Of a DNA stretch of 64,000 nucleotides, positions 17,772 through 28,444 are shown piece by piece; the stretch's first letter is position 1; every line of letters starts with the position of its first letter. Under the pieces are notes generated by a model, which saw nothing but the letters and a program-made list of their open reading frames with translations, did no database searches and was not told where the DNA came from. The translations under genes were made by a program, and so were the position numbers. The stretch comes from a virus (lineage: Duplodnaviria; Caudoviricetes), in IMG/VR virus record IMGVR_UViG_3300034061_004620. One strand, 5' to 3'.

Positions 17772-18263
17772 ATGCAAATCCAAGCTTATTTATATCCGAA
17801 TACAGTCACGGTCCAATTATGGGATCAGAGTATTTTCACACCAAGGAACAGAGTCGTGTACAGTCGCCCCGTTAAAATTTATCAAGGCATAGATAATCCT
17901 ATGCAGATTGTTGTGCTTAATCAGGATCAAAAGCCAGTAGATCTTACTGGTTATATTGTTCAAATGGACATACAAGATCCACTTGCAGAAGGCAGCGTAG
18001 AAAGTGTAGCTGTTGGTTTTACTGACATTACAAAAGGTCGCGGTACTTTTGCTATTACCAAATCAGTTGCGAACAGTTTAGATCAACGCTTTTACAAAAT
18101 GACACTTAAACTAATTGAGCAGGCAACTAACCAAGAAAGACCGTTGTATATAGATGCCAATTGGACTGCACCCATTGACTTAGAAGTGTTACCGGGTTGG
18201 TACGAAAGCATGCCGCTTACACTAAACAGCGACGAAGTGCTTGATGCAGGAACAATACAATGA
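17772..18263 (+). CDS. Virion structural protein (Ig/BppU-N-like)
   Basis: Late promoter TAAATA at 17759-17764; DQKPVDLTG...MDI..P...G.GTF beta-sandwich pattern. Confidence 0.6.
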   Translation: MQIQAYLYPNTVTVQLWDQSIFTPRNRVVYSRPVKIYQGIDNPMQIVVLNQDQKPVDLTGYIVQMDIQDPLAEGSVESVAVGFTDITKGRGTFAITKSVANSLDQRFYKMTLKLIEQATNQERPLYIDANWTAPIDLEVLPGWYESMPLTLNSDEVLDAGTIQ

Positions 18264-21200
18264 CTATAAATTACAGCAAACAAGTTTTAATAAAAAGGGG
18301 TAACACAGCGGCCAGCAGCAGTTATACTGGTCCACTGGGTGAAATTACTTTTGACACGGATTTAAACACTATCAGAGCACACGATGGTACAACTGCAGGT
18401 GGTCATATTCTTGCAAACGTTTCACAAATTAACAGTAATATAAATCTATCAGCAGTTAATGCTAATGTAGCTGCGGCCAATTTAACTATAGCATTGACTA
18501 ATGCAAACATTGGAGCATTTCAAACCTACGCTAACATTGAATTTACAGATTTATGGGCAAATGCCGCTGCTCAAACTATTGCCCTTGACAATTTTATAGC
18601 CGGAACTGGCTTTGCTACATCAGCTAATCTTGGTGCTTATCAAATATTTGCTAATGCAAACATTGGAGCTTATCAGAATTATGCAAATGTAACATTTGCC
18701 GAATTGAGTGCAAATTTAGGAAACATAATTGTTGGCACAGGATTCGTTACACAAACCCAATTAATAAACAATGTTAATATAATAAGTGCTAATGTTGGCA
18801 GCTTTCAAATTTTTTCAAATGCAAATGCAACACTTCAAAGTCAGGCACTGTTTCAGGCAAATATAGATCACGCGGCAAATACTATTGCAGCAAATGCATT
18901 AATTTCTGCATTGCAGACAAATGCCGCTATACAGCAAACACAGATAACTGCATTAGATGCAAATATTGGTAGTATAATCACTGGAACAGGCTTTGCCTCG
19001 TTAGATCAACTTAATGCCAATGTTGGAATATTAAACACAAAATTAAGGGTGAATGTTGAAATAATAAGTGCCAATTTAGGTGCATATCAGATATTTACAA
19101 ATGCTAACTCTATTGCTCAGAGTAATTCAATTGATGTTTTGTTGACAAACGCAGCAACTCAAGCAACTTCAATCAATTCATTAAATGCAAACATAGGTTC
19201 ATATCAAACTTTTGCTAACGCCAATGTGGTAGCCATAATGGCCAACTTAGGTGTTACACAAATATGGGCTAATGCTAATATAGCTACTATTAATTCTAAT
19301 TTAGGCGCCTATCAAACTTATGCAAATGCCAGTGTGGTAGTAATACAGGCCAATTTAGGTGCATATCAAACCTATGCCAATGCCAATGCTGCATTGCAGA
19401 CTAATGAATTAAATAATTTACTTGCTAACGCCGGAGCGCAAGCTACAAGTATAAATCTATTAACTGCCAGTGTAACTGCGGCAAATAGTGCAATTACCAC
19501 ACTAACTGCCAATGCCGCCACACAGGCTGGTCTAATTACCACTGTCAATGCCAATGTGACTGCGGCCAATGCTGCCATCACAAGCTTACAAAGTAATGCT
19601 GCGGTACAACAAGGTGTTTTAGATGTATTGTCTGGCAACGCAGTGACTTCAACACTTGAGCTGCAACAATTAACCAGTAATGCAGCGGTTCAGGCAGCAA
19701 ATCTTGTTGTATTGATTGCTAACGCAGCCACACAAGGGGCAAGCCTTACAGTGTTGGTTAGTAATGCAGCAGCACAGGCCACAGCCTTGGACAATATTAA
19801 TTCAAATATTGGTGCATATCAAATATTTGCTAATGCAAATGCCACAATCCAAGCCAATTCGATCACAACAATTGATGCCAATTTGGGCTCATTATCGCTG
19901 TCAATCGACAATTTAACTACAAACGCAGCAACACAAGGTGCTTCGTTACTAAGCTTAGATGCAAATTTAGGCACAGCCACTACCAATATAACTGCATTAC
20001 AAGCCAATGCCGCAACACAGGGTAATACATTAAACAATATTGGTGCAAACGTTGGGGCATATCAAACATATGCCAATGCCAATGCCGCAACTCAGTCTGA
20101 CTCAATTACAACACTGATTGCCAACACTGTAACCTTGACTCAATCTGTCGATTCACTGAGTGCTAATGCAGCAACACAAGGTGCAACTCTTGTTACACTG
20201 GATGCCAACTTGGGTACAGCAGCCACAAATATAACCAGCTTACAATCTAATGCTGGCAGTCAAGCAGTATCAATAAATTCTATTAGTGCCAATCTGGGTT
20301 CTTATCAAACTTATGCAAATGCAAATGCTGCCGCACAAGCAACCAGTTTAAGTTCATTAATAGCAAATACCAATGTATTAACTGCTGATATTAATGCATT
20401 GTACGCCAATGCTGCTCAACAACAAAGCGATATGGCAAACATTGTGATAGGCTCTGGATTTGCATTAATCACGCAATTGACAGCTAATGTAGATACTATA
20501 AATGCCAACATTGGTGCCTATCAAACTTTTGCAAATGCCAATGCTGCCGGGCAAACTACAGAAATAAATTCACTGCGAGGAAATATTACAGCAGCAAATG
20601 CAGCCATCACTTCTTTGCAATCTAATGCTGCTACACAAGCAACAGAAATAAATTCTTTACGAGCTAATATTACCGCGGCAAATACATTGATACCAAATTT
20701 ATCTGCGGTATCAGGAAATATTTTACCAAGCGCAAATGTAACCTATAGCTTGGGTGACGCTACACATCAATGGAAGGACCTATGGGTCAGTAACAATACC
20801 ATTTATATTGGTAACACACCTATTAGAGTAGATGGCGGAACATTATTAGTTAATAATACACCACTTAGTGGCGCTGTGAATGGAAATATTGTTGTTGGAA
20901 ATAGCGAAATAAACTTTGTGGCAAACAGTTCTGGAGACGGTTTTGGATTCGGCACTATAGAATTACGTCCTGATACCAATGCCATCGAAGACAGTTACTT
21001 AATTATTGACCCTACATATCCAAGTCACATTCATATTCGTGCCGGCGGAACACAAGACAATAGCCTTACAGAACTATATCTTGGTGGAGAGAACAGTCAC
21101 TTTAAAGTCAATAATGGGCTTAATCCTGATGTCAGTGTTGCCGCTAATAATTATGTTTGGTCGTATGGTACAGATGGAAGTTTAACTTTCCCAACCGATG

Positions 21201-22438
21201 GCAATTTGATATTTGACTCAAATGCAGTCAGCGTGATTGACGGTATTACTTCCGTTATTTTGACTGATCCGGGTTATATAAGACATACCAATCTAACTTC
21301 AGAAATTATTTTATCAGAGAACACTTTTAGATTCGAAAGCAATGCGGGAACTGGATCCTCCTATATTGAAGGGCAGCAAAACGAACTATTCTTGATGGGC
21401 AATCTTACTACCGTAATTAGTGCCATGTTCGGCAGCAGTACTTGGGAGTTCACAGCCAACGGTAATATCAATCTGGCCACTGCTGGTAATAACCCTGATC
21501 GGGGCATTGTTTTTGGTGATGGATCCTTCCAATCTACAGCCTGGCGTGGCTTTGGTAATACCATTGCTATTGGTTACAACACCGGAACAGTTTCACAAGG
21601 TGGTGGTGCAGTGGCCGTGGGATCCACTGCGGGTAATGTCAGTCAAGGAATAGGTGCAGTTGCCGTTGGTGAAGCCGCAGGCACATCAAGTCAAGGCATA
21701 GAAAGCATTGCCATTGGTAAAACAGCCGGCGAGCAAACTCAAGGTGCTTATTCAATTGCCATTGGTTCGGCCACAGCCTACTATCAGCAAGGTACTGGTG
21801 CTGTTGCCATTGGTACCAGTGCTGGCGCATTACAACAAGGTAATCATGCTATAGCAATTGGTACTGGCGCCGGCAGTGCCCTACAAGGCAACAACAGTAT
21901 CATCTTGAATGCCACTGGTTCTGCACTTGAACAAACCACAGACAACACATTCACCGTGGCACCAATTCGCAACACCAGCGGCACAGATGGTGTACTACAG
22001 TACAACAATTCTACCAAGGAAATTTCCTATAGTAGCACTCTGGTTGGTAATCTTTCAGTTACTGGCAATATCACACAACAGAGTGCATACTATGAAACTT
22101 ACGCCAATGTGGTCAATGTGGATGGCAACCTGACCTGTAACTTTGTGAACGGTGCAACATTCTATGCCACGCTCACTGCCAATGTTACAGTGAACTTTAC
22201 CAATGTTGTGGCCACAGCAGGTCAAGTAACAGGAGCTACCTTGATTGTGGATCAAGGTGCTACACCATACAGCGTGGCCAACATTCAGATCAACAGTGGC
22301 GGCGTACAAACCATCAAGTGGGCAGGTGGTACAACAAACACAGGCACAGCCAGCAACACAGACGTCATGAGCTTTAGCTTGATCAGCCTGGATGGCACCA
22401 GCTGGCGCATACTGGGACAGATTGCAAACTATGCCTAA
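18260..22438 (+). CDS. Long tail fibre / adhesin (Mtd-N-like start, coiled-coil repeats, YadA-like head repeats)
   Basis: IKRGNT..YTGPLGEITFDTD N-terminus, about 13 ANxGxYQxxAN repeats and about 8 15-aa AxAIG repeats. Confidence 0.85.
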   Translation: MTINYSKQVLIKRGNTAASSSYTGPLGEITFDTDLNTIRAHDGTTAGGHILANVSQINSNINLSAVNANVAAANLTIALTNANIGAFQTYANIEFTDLWANAAAQTIALDNFIAGTGFATSANLGAYQIFANANIGAYQNYANVTFAELSANLGNIIVGTGFVTQTQLINNVNIISANVGSFQIFSNANATLQSQALFQANIDHAANTIAANALISALQTNAAIQQTQITALDANIGSIITGTGFASLDQLNANVGILNTKLRVNVEIISANLGAYQIFTNANSIAQSNSIDVLLTNAATQATSINSLNANIGSYQTFANANVVAIMANLGVTQIWANANIATINSNLGAYQTYANASVVVIQANLGAYQTYANANAALQTNELNNLLANAGAQATSINLLTASVTAANSAITTLTANAATQAGLITTVNANVTAANAAITSLQSNAAVQQGVLDVLSGNAVTSTLELQQLTSNAAVQAANLVVLIANAATQGASLTVLVSNAAAQATALDNINSNIGAYQIFANANATIQANSITTIDANLGSLSLSIDNLTTNAATQGASLLSLDANLGTATTNITALQANAATQGNTLNNIGANVGAYQTYANANAATQSDSITTLIANTVTLTQSVDSLSANAATQGATLVTLDANLGTAATNITSLQSNAGSQAVSINSISANLGSYQTYANANAAAQATSLSSLIANTNVLTADINALYANAAQQQSDMANIVIGSGFALITQLTANVDTINANIGAYQTFANANAAGQTTEINSLRGNITAANAAITSLQSNAATQATEINSLRANITAANTLIPNLSAVSGNILPSANVTYSLGDATHQWKDLWVSNNTIYIGNTPIRVDGGTLLVNNTPLSGAVNGNIVVGNSEINFVANSSGDGFGFGTIELRPDTNAIEDSYLIIDPTYPSHIHIRAGGTQDNSLTELYLGGENSHFKVNNGLNPDVSVAANNYVWSYGTDGSLTFPTDGNLIFDSNAVSVIDGITSVILTDPGYIRHTNLTSEIILSENTFRFESNAGTGSSYIEGQQNELFLMGNLTTVISAMFGSSTWEFTANGNINLATAGNNPDRGIVFGDGSFQSTAWRGFGNTIAIGYNTGTVSQGGGAVAVGSTAGNVSQGIGAVAVGEAAGTSSQGIESIAIGKTAGEQTQGAYSIAIGSATAYYQQGTGAVAIGTSAGALQQGNHAIAIGTGAGSALQGNNSIILNATGSALEQTTDNTFTVAPIRNTSGTDGVLQYNNSTKEISYSSTLVGNLSVTGNITQQSAYYETYANVVNVDGNLTCNFVNGATFYATLTANVTVNFTNVVATAGQVTGATLIVDQGATPYSVANIQINSGGVQTIKWAGGTTNTGTASNTDVMSFSLISLDGTSWRILGQIANYA

Positions 22439-23174
22439 ACTTGGTAGATTCAGTGCCATTCACCAGCCCGCACAGAAGATAATTCGTCGTCGTATCGTGG
22501 TACCATCTACTCCGGTGTCTTTTGCCAATCCTACACAAAGCACAGGATCAGCAGTAAGCATTGCGGCTGTGAGTCCGTTTGCAGGTGGTGGCAACAGTCT
22601 CCAGTTCTCAAGGTCAACCAACAGCTGGATCAGTTTTGCTGGCAGCAACGACTGGGCAGTGGGCACCGGCGACTTTACTGTAGAATGGTTTGGTTATCAG
22701 ACTGACACCACCCAATTCCAGCGTGTGTTTTCAGTGGGCGATTATCCCAGTATCAAACTTGGTGTCAGTATAGAATCATCCACATTTTACTATTGGGCCA
22801 ATGACAGTTTCCGTTATAGTTCTGCAGGTGCTACCAGCACAAACACTTGGTATCATTGGGCGGTAGTTAGATCAAGCGGAACTACCTATGTTTATAGAGA
22901 TGGCACATTAAGAGGTACCAGCATTGCTGACACAAATAATATCACAGACAATACCACGTCTCTTTATATAGGCAATACTAATACACCTGCTACCAATGCG
23001 GCCTGGGTTGGATACATTACTAATTTTAGATTTGTCAAAGGACTGGCGGTGTATACAGGTAACTTTACCACACCTACCTCGGCACTTGCAGCAGAAGCAT
23101 CAGCAAACCCCTATGGTGGTTCAAATACCGCTGCCATTGGATCGGGATTTACAAAGTTGCTGCTGGTTCCTTGA
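22431..23174 (+). CDS. ConA-like lectin/LamG-domain tail protein
   Basis: GTGDFTVEWF, WYHWAVVRSSG and GYITNFRFVKG.AVY motifs. Confidence 0.85.
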   Translation: MPKLGRFSAIHQPAQKIIRRRIVVPSTPVSFANPTQSTGSAVSIAAVSPFAGGGNSLQFSRSTNSWISFAGSNDWAVGTGDFTVEWFGYQTDTTQFQRVFSVGDYPSIKLGVSIESSTFYYWANDSFRYSSAGATSTNTWYHWAVVRSSGTTYVYRDGTLRGTSIADTNNITDNTTSLYIGNTNTPATNAAWVGYITNFRFVKGLAVYTGNFTTPTSALAAEASANPYGGSNTAAIGSGFTKLLLVP

Positions 23175-23202
23175 TGGCTAAGTAATAAAACAAAGGAAAA
23201 TT

Positions 23203-23907
23203 TTGTTTTATTTAATAACAACTTTAATTCTAACACACATTACCATAGCCTGTGTGACACTATACCTACATCGCAGTCAAGCACATCGTGGTGTCACATT
23301 TCATCCTGTGGTAGCCCACTTTATGCGAGCCTGGTTATGGCTAACTACGGGCATGGTCACTCGACAATGGGTTGCTGTACATAGAAAACATCACAGATTC
23401 TGCGAACAAGCGGAAGATCCACACAGTCCGGTACATTATGGTATATGGAGAGTCTTACTAAAAGGAGCACTACTTTATAATGAAGCCAGCAAAGATAAAG
23501 CAATGGTTAGTGCTTACGGCAGCGGCACTCCTGATGATTGGATCGAGCACCATGTATACACGCCTCACAGTAGACTTGGCATTGGCCTTTGCCTTGTGCT
23601 CAATATCATCGTCTTCGGTTGGGTGGGTGCCATAATATGGTTGGTACAAATGCTGTGGATACCCTTATGGGCGGCCGGAGTAATTAATGGCGTAGGACAC
23701 TGGTGGGGTTATCGTAACGGTGACACCAGAGACCAAAGTAGAAACATTTTACCAATTGGTATCTTGATTGGCGGCGAAGAGTTGCATTCTAATCATCATT
23801 TAGACCCAGCCAGCCCTAAATTATCACTGCGTTGGTGGGAATTTGATATTGGTTGGTTCTACATTCGAGTTTTACAATCATTAAAGTTGGCTAAACTTAA
23901 AAATTAG
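23203..23907 (+). CDS. Membrane fatty-acid (delta-9-type) desaturase
   Basis: Three His boxes HRSQAH, HRKHH and HSNHH, with transmembrane segments; TTG start after AAGGA. Confidence 0.92.
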   Translation: MFYLITTLILTHITIACVTLYLHRSQAHRGVTFHPVVAHFMRAWLWLTTGMVTRQWVAVHRKHHRFCEQAEDPHSPVHYGIWRVLLKGALLYNEASKDKAMVSAYGSGTPDDWIEHHVYTPHSRLGIGLCLVLNIIVFGWVGAIIWLVQMLWIPLWAAGVINGVGHWWGYRNGDTRDQSRNILPIGILIGGEELHSNHHLDPASPKLSLRWWEFDIGWFYIRVLQSLKLAKLKN

Positions 23908-23915
23908 TATACAAT
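23887..23915 (+). promoter_or_regulatory. sigma70-type promoter for primase
   Basis: TTGGCT-N17-TACAAT; ATG 6 nt downstream. Confidence 0.6.
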
Positions 23916-23921
23916 AACACG

Positions 23922-24947
23922 ATGTTAGACTCCGTCCAGCACCAGGTTTTGCAATTACTGCCTGCCCGCAAAAAGACAGGGCAAAACGGCTGGACCAGTT
24001 TTAATGCACCTTGCTGTGTACACAATGGAGAAACGGCTGACACAAGAGGTCGCGGTGGTGTTAAAGCAAATGCAGGGCAAGTCAGTTATCACTGCTTCAA
24101 CTGCGGGTATACCGCCAGCTTCATTCCCGGTCGCCATTTAACTTTCAAGTTTAGAAAATTGTTGGCATGGTTGGGTGCAGATGATCTAACTATACGTCGT
24201 TTAGTAATCGAAGCAGTAAGACTAAGAGAACTTGTAGCACCCGATGAACTTGAACGGGTTCCAGAAGAAGAGATTGTTTATGAAGCAAGAACATTACCCG
24301 ACCAAGCACGTAATGTTGTTGAACTGGCTAATTTTTACAGCCTTGGAGATTACAATAATGTGCCCGCAGAATTGCTGGCAGCAATAGAGTATGTACATCG
24401 CAGAGCCATTGATTTAAATAAGTACAAATTTTACTGGACTCCTGAACAAGCATACAATTTACATCGTAGGATTGTTATTCCGTACTATTATCGTGGCAAG
24501 ACGGTAGGATACACCAGTAGATCTATTGTAGACGGAATAAAACCCAAGTATTGGAGTAGTCATCCCGCAGACTTTGTGTTTAATTTAGATATGCAAAAGC
24601 CAGATAGCAAATTTGTCATTGTGTGCGAAGGACCGTTTGATGCCATGAGTGTAGATGGCGTATCAGTTAGTGGTGCAGAAATATCAGACACACAAGTAGA
24701 TCAAATTGATAGATTGCAACGTGAAGTCGTTGTAGTACCTGACACAGATCGTGCAGGACGTAAACTCGTTGATAGAGCTATAGAAGCTGGTTGGACTGTG
24801 AGTTTTCCTGTATGGCAGGACACCTGTAAAGACATTAACGATGCTGTGGTTAAATATGGTAAACTGTTTGTACTTAAGAGCATACTGGCGGCGAGGGAAA
24901 CAAGCAAGCTCAAGATTGAATTGAAGAAAAAAAAGTTATATGCTTGA
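23922..24947 (+). CDS. DNA primase (zinc finger plus TOPRIM)
   Basis: CCVH...CFNC zinc finger, EGPFDAM and PDTDRAG TOPRIM motifs. Confidence 0.9.
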   Translation: MLDSVQHQVLQLLPARKKTGQNGWTSFNAPCCVHNGETADTRGRGGVKANAGQVSYHCFNCGYTASFIPGRHLTFKFRKLLAWLGADDLTIRRLVIEAVRLRELVAPDELERVPEEEIVYEARTLPDQARNVVELANFYSLGDYNNVPAELLAAIEYVHRRAIDLNKYKFYWTPEQAYNLHRRIVIPYYYRGKTVGYTSRSIVDGIKPKYWSSHPADFVFNLDMQKPDSKFVIVCEGPFDAMSVDGVSVSGAEISDTQVDQIDRLQREVVVVPDTDRAGRKLVDRAIEAGWTVSFPVWQDTCKDINDAVVKYGKLFVLKSILAARETSKLKIELKKKKLYA

Positions 24948-26397
24948 CATTGTAATCATAAACGTACCTGGCACAATCTCAAGAACTGCACCTGCTGCCC
25001 CTGCAATTTTAAAGGCGAGTATTGAAAAAAACGGATTTACATGTAAAACGATCGACTTCAATATAGAATTTTATCACTCTAAACATGCTAATCTTAAGAA
25101 TATTGAAAATTATTTTTTAACAGAGCTGAATACCGAAGTAATCCAAGAAGCTAAGAATATTGTTAGCAAATATGTTGATAGAATAATCAAGTTAAAACCA
25201 AAATTTGTTGGTATCAGTGTTTTTACGTATCAGAATAAAGTTGCTACAAAACTTTTCTGCCAAGAACTTAAAAAACACACCAATATTAAAATAATTCTTG
25301 GTGGCCAAGGATTGGCTGACGGTGGTATTTTAGGTCATCAGGGATTTGCAAAACAATTATTAAATGAAAATTTAATTGATTTTTATATCAAAAGTGAAGG
25401 TGAAAATTCAATAGTTGAGTTGCTAAAGGGCAATTTTGAATACCCAGGAATTAATTCAGACACATTTCAACAAATTGACAATTTAGATTCTTTACCGATT
25501 CCTGACTATTCTGACTATAATTTAGATATGTATGTTGATTCTTTACCTATTACAGGTAGTAGAGGATGTGTGAGATCGTGTTCGTTTTGTGACATACATG
25601 ATCATTGGTCTTACAAATTGAGAAAAGGCGAAGCAGTAGCTAATGAAATAATAGAATTATACAAAAAATATAATATAAAAAACTTTATGTTTACTGACAG
25701 TTTGGTTAATGGCAGTTTGAAAGAATTCAAAATATTTTGTAAATTATTAGCCGACTTTAATAGGCAGAATGATGTGAAATTGACATATAGTGGCCAATAT
25801 ATTGTGAGATCGCCGTCCCAGCTGGATGATGAATATTGGAAAAATTTGGCTATGTCTGGCGCTCAATCTTTGGCTATTGGAGTCGAAACCGGGAGTGATC
25901 GGGTAAGACAGCATATGAATAAAAAATTTACTAATCGGGATCTTGACTATACTATGGAAATGTTAGATAGATACAATATTACCTGTACATTTCTAATGAT
26001 CTTTGGATATCCTACCGAAACCGAAGAAGACTATCAAGCAACACTTGATATGTTCAAAAAGTACAAAAAATATGCTAATAAAATAATTACCAATATAAAT
26101 TTTGGATCTACGTTGGGTATTCTTCCTGGTACGCCATTATTTAATGGTGCTCAAGAATTTAATATTCAATTAGATAGACACGAAAACAATTGGGTCGCTT
26201 TAGACAATGAAAGTTTAACTTTGGAAGAAAGACTTAGAAGAAGAAATCATGCTAAAGAATATGTATTGTCTTTAGGCTATCAAATTCCAGATAGTGGCCA
26301 TGACAATGTATTGGACATCTTAAAAGAACATATTCCAGCTTTTGAGAAAAGAAATAAAATTAAAAAAATGATTAGAATCAAGGAGGCGATATCATGA
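24940..26397 (+). CDS. Cobalamin-binding radical SAM enzyme
   Basis: SRGCVRSCSFC (CxxxCxxC); N-terminal B12-binding-like VGISVF...ILGG; GVETGS. Confidence 0.88.
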   Translation: MLDIVIINVPGTISRTAPAAPAILKASIEKNGFTCKTIDFNIEFYHSKHANLKNIENYFLTELNTEVIQEAKNIVSKYVDRIIKLKPKFVGISVFTYQNKVATKLFCQELKKHTNIKIILGGQGLADGGILGHQGFAKQLLNENLIDFYIKSEGENSIVELLKGNFEYPGINSDTFQQIDNLDSLPIPDYSDYNLDMYVDSLPITGSRGCVRSCSFCDIHDHWSYKLRKGEAVANEIIELYKKYNIKNFMFTDSLVNGSLKEFKIFCKLLADFNRQNDVKLTYSGQYIVRSPSQLDDEYWKNLAMSGAQSLAIGVETGSDRVRQHMNKKFTNRDLDYTMEMLDRYNITCTFLMIFGYPTETEEDYQATLDMFKKYKKYANKIITNINFGSTLGILPGTPLFNGAQEFNIQLDRHENNWVALDNESLTLEERLRRRNHAKEYVLSLGYQIPDSGHDNVLDILKEHIPAFEKRNKIKKMIRIKEAIS

Positions 26398-27005
26398 TTG
26401 ATAAGACTAAACAATTTTTGAATGTGTTTTCTCCGCTTGAAATAGCACAGATCACTACTGCAATGAGCAAATTGCAGGATCAACCAAATGATGGAGCTTT
26501 TTTTGCTTACACAAATGGATTTAAACAAAATGATTATATTTTTCCATTTATAAAAAAAATTGTGCTAAACAAAATTGAAAAGTTAATTGACGAAAAGATC
26601 TGTTTAACAGTAGGTGTGTATCTAAAAGAGGAAATTCCTTGGCTCATCCACACTGATTACGTAAAAGGCGATTTGAAACCAAAAGGTGCATTTTTAATTC
26701 CGTTGTGCAATGAAAATACTCATACTGTAATCTTTAACGAAGAGTGTTTAACAAATTTTGCCCACTTTTTAGAAGAAAATAAAAAATTAGAAAACAATGC
26801 AAAAAATCTCTATAATACATTATGCGGACACGAAACAGAAAATCGTTTAGAGTATGTGAGTTTACACGCTGCATACAAATGGCACCCGGGATCAGTAATA
26901 TATTGGGATAGAAAATTATTACATTGTAGCGATAATTTTCTAATAAATGGTGTAAAACAAAAAACCGCACTTGTACTGTTTACAAATGACAATGAAAAAT
27001 TATAA
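26394..27005 (+). CDS. Putative 2OG-Fe(II) dioxygenase-fold protein
   Basis: IHTD (HxD), FLIPL and distal LLHCS. Confidence 0.6.
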   Translation: MIDKTKQFLNVFSPLEIAQITTAMSKLQDQPNDGAFFAYTNGFKQNDYIFPFIKKIVLNKIEKLIDEKICLTVGVYLKEEIPWLIHTDYVKGDLKPKGAFLIPLCNENTHTVIFNEECLTNFAHFLEENKKLENNAKNLYNTLCGHETENRLEYVSLHAAYKWHPGSVIYWDRKLLHCSDNFLINGVKQKTALVLFTNDNEKL

Positions 27006-28422
27006 TCCAGACGTACAACGACTATTTTTAGAAATGATGTTGGAAGACGCAGAAACATACGTGCGTGTTCAAAACATTTATAATGCAGACAACTTTGATC
27101 GCAGTCTTAGAGAAGCTGCACGTTTTATGAAAAAACACAGTGATGATCATAAAACTCTGCCTACTCGAGAACAGATACTGGCAGCTACAGGAGTAGAATT
27201 GAGATCAGTCCCAGATTTGCGTGAAGGACACTATGATTGGTTCCTTACTGAGTTTGAAGGATTCAGTCGTAAACAAGAACTGGAGCGAGCTATCTTAAAA
27301 GCCGCAGACATGATCGAACAAGGCAACTTTGATCCTGTAGAAAAATTGATCAAGGATGCTGTACAAATCAGTCTTACCAAAGACATGGGTACGGACTATT
27401 TTGAAGATCCCCGTGCTCGACTAATGAAAATCAAAAGCAACAACGGCCAAGTGAGTACAGGTTGGCCTACCATGGATCAACGATTGTTTGGCGGTATGAA
27501 TAGAGGCGAGCTTAATATTTTTGCCGGTGGTAGTGGATCTGGTAAATCTCTTTTCATGCAAAATATCGCGATTAACTGGATCACCGCTGGACTCAATGGT
27601 GTGTTCCTTACACTTGAGCTTAGTGAAGAGTTGTGTGCAATGCGTATGGATGCGATGGTTGCGAACTGTAGCACGAAAGAAATCTTTAAGGATTTAGACA
27701 CACTGGAAATGAAGATACGCATGGTAGGTAAGAAGAGTGGTAAATTGCGGATCAAGTACATGCCAGCACAAAGTAATGTTAATCATATTCGTGCATACTT
27801 AAAAGAATTAGAAATTCAAACAGGTCAAAAGACAGACTTTATTATGGTCGACTACCTTGATCTTGTGATGCCGGTAAGTGCCAAGGTTAGCCCCAGCGAT
27901 TTATTTGTTAAAGACAAATATGTGTCAGAAGAACTGAGAAACTTGGCAAGAGAATTTAACATACTAATGATTACTGCGTCGCAGTTGAACAGATCAGCAG
28001 TAGAAGAAATTGAATTTGACCATAGTCATATCTCGGGTGGTATCAGTAAAATTAACACAGCGGATAATGTGTTTGGTATCTTTACTTCAAGGGCTATGCG
28101 TGAGCGCGGTCGTTATCAAATACAGTTGATGAAAACTCGTAGTTCAAGTGGCGTAGGTCAAAAGGTAGATCTTGAGTTCAATATTGAAAGTTTACGTATT
28201 ACAGATCCTGGTGAAGATGCACAAAGTGAGAACGGTGGGCAAGGTTTTCGTACAAGTACACAAATAATGGATCAAATCAAAACATCTGCTACAACATCAA
28301 GTCCGCCCATGATTGCTGCTAAACCCAAACCAGGATTTGATATTGAAAAATCTGTACAAGCCAATGTTGATAGTACAAAACTCAAGCAAATGCTTGCAAG
28401 CCTAAAAACTAAAACCGAATAA
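26986..28422 (+). CDS. DnaB/gp41-like replicative helicase
   Basis: GGSGSGKS, IMVDYLDL, TASQLNR and KTR motifs. Confidence 0.92.
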   Translation: MTMKNYNPDVQRLFLEMMLEDAETYVRVQNIYNADNFDRSLREAARFMKKHSDDHKTLPTREQILAATGVELRSVPDLREGHYDWFLTEFEGFSRKQELERAILKAADMIEQGNFDPVEKLIKDAVQISLTKDMGTDYFEDPRARLMKIKSNNGQVSTGWPTMDQRLFGGMNRGELNIFAGGSGSGKSLFMQNIAINWITAGLNGVFLTLELSEELCAMRMDAMVANCSTKEIFKDLDTLEMKIRMVGKKSGKLRIKYMPAQSNVNHIRAYLKELEIQTGQKTDFIMVDYLDLVMPVSAKVSPSDLFVKDKYVSEELRNLAREFNILMITASQLNRSAVEEIEFDHSHISGGISKINTADNVFGIFTSRAMRERGRYQIQLMKTRSSSGVGQKVDLEFNIESLRITDPGEDAQSENGGQGFRTSTQIMDQIKTSATTSSPPMIAAKPKPGFDIEKSVQANVDSTKLKQMLASLKTKTE

Positions 28423-28444
28423 ATATCTAATAACGGAGTAGATT

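Noticed and set aside
18260-22438. Diversity-generating retroelement target (Mtd-N-like start)
   Set aside because: No reverse transcriptase and no template/variable repeat pair differing at adenines in the window.
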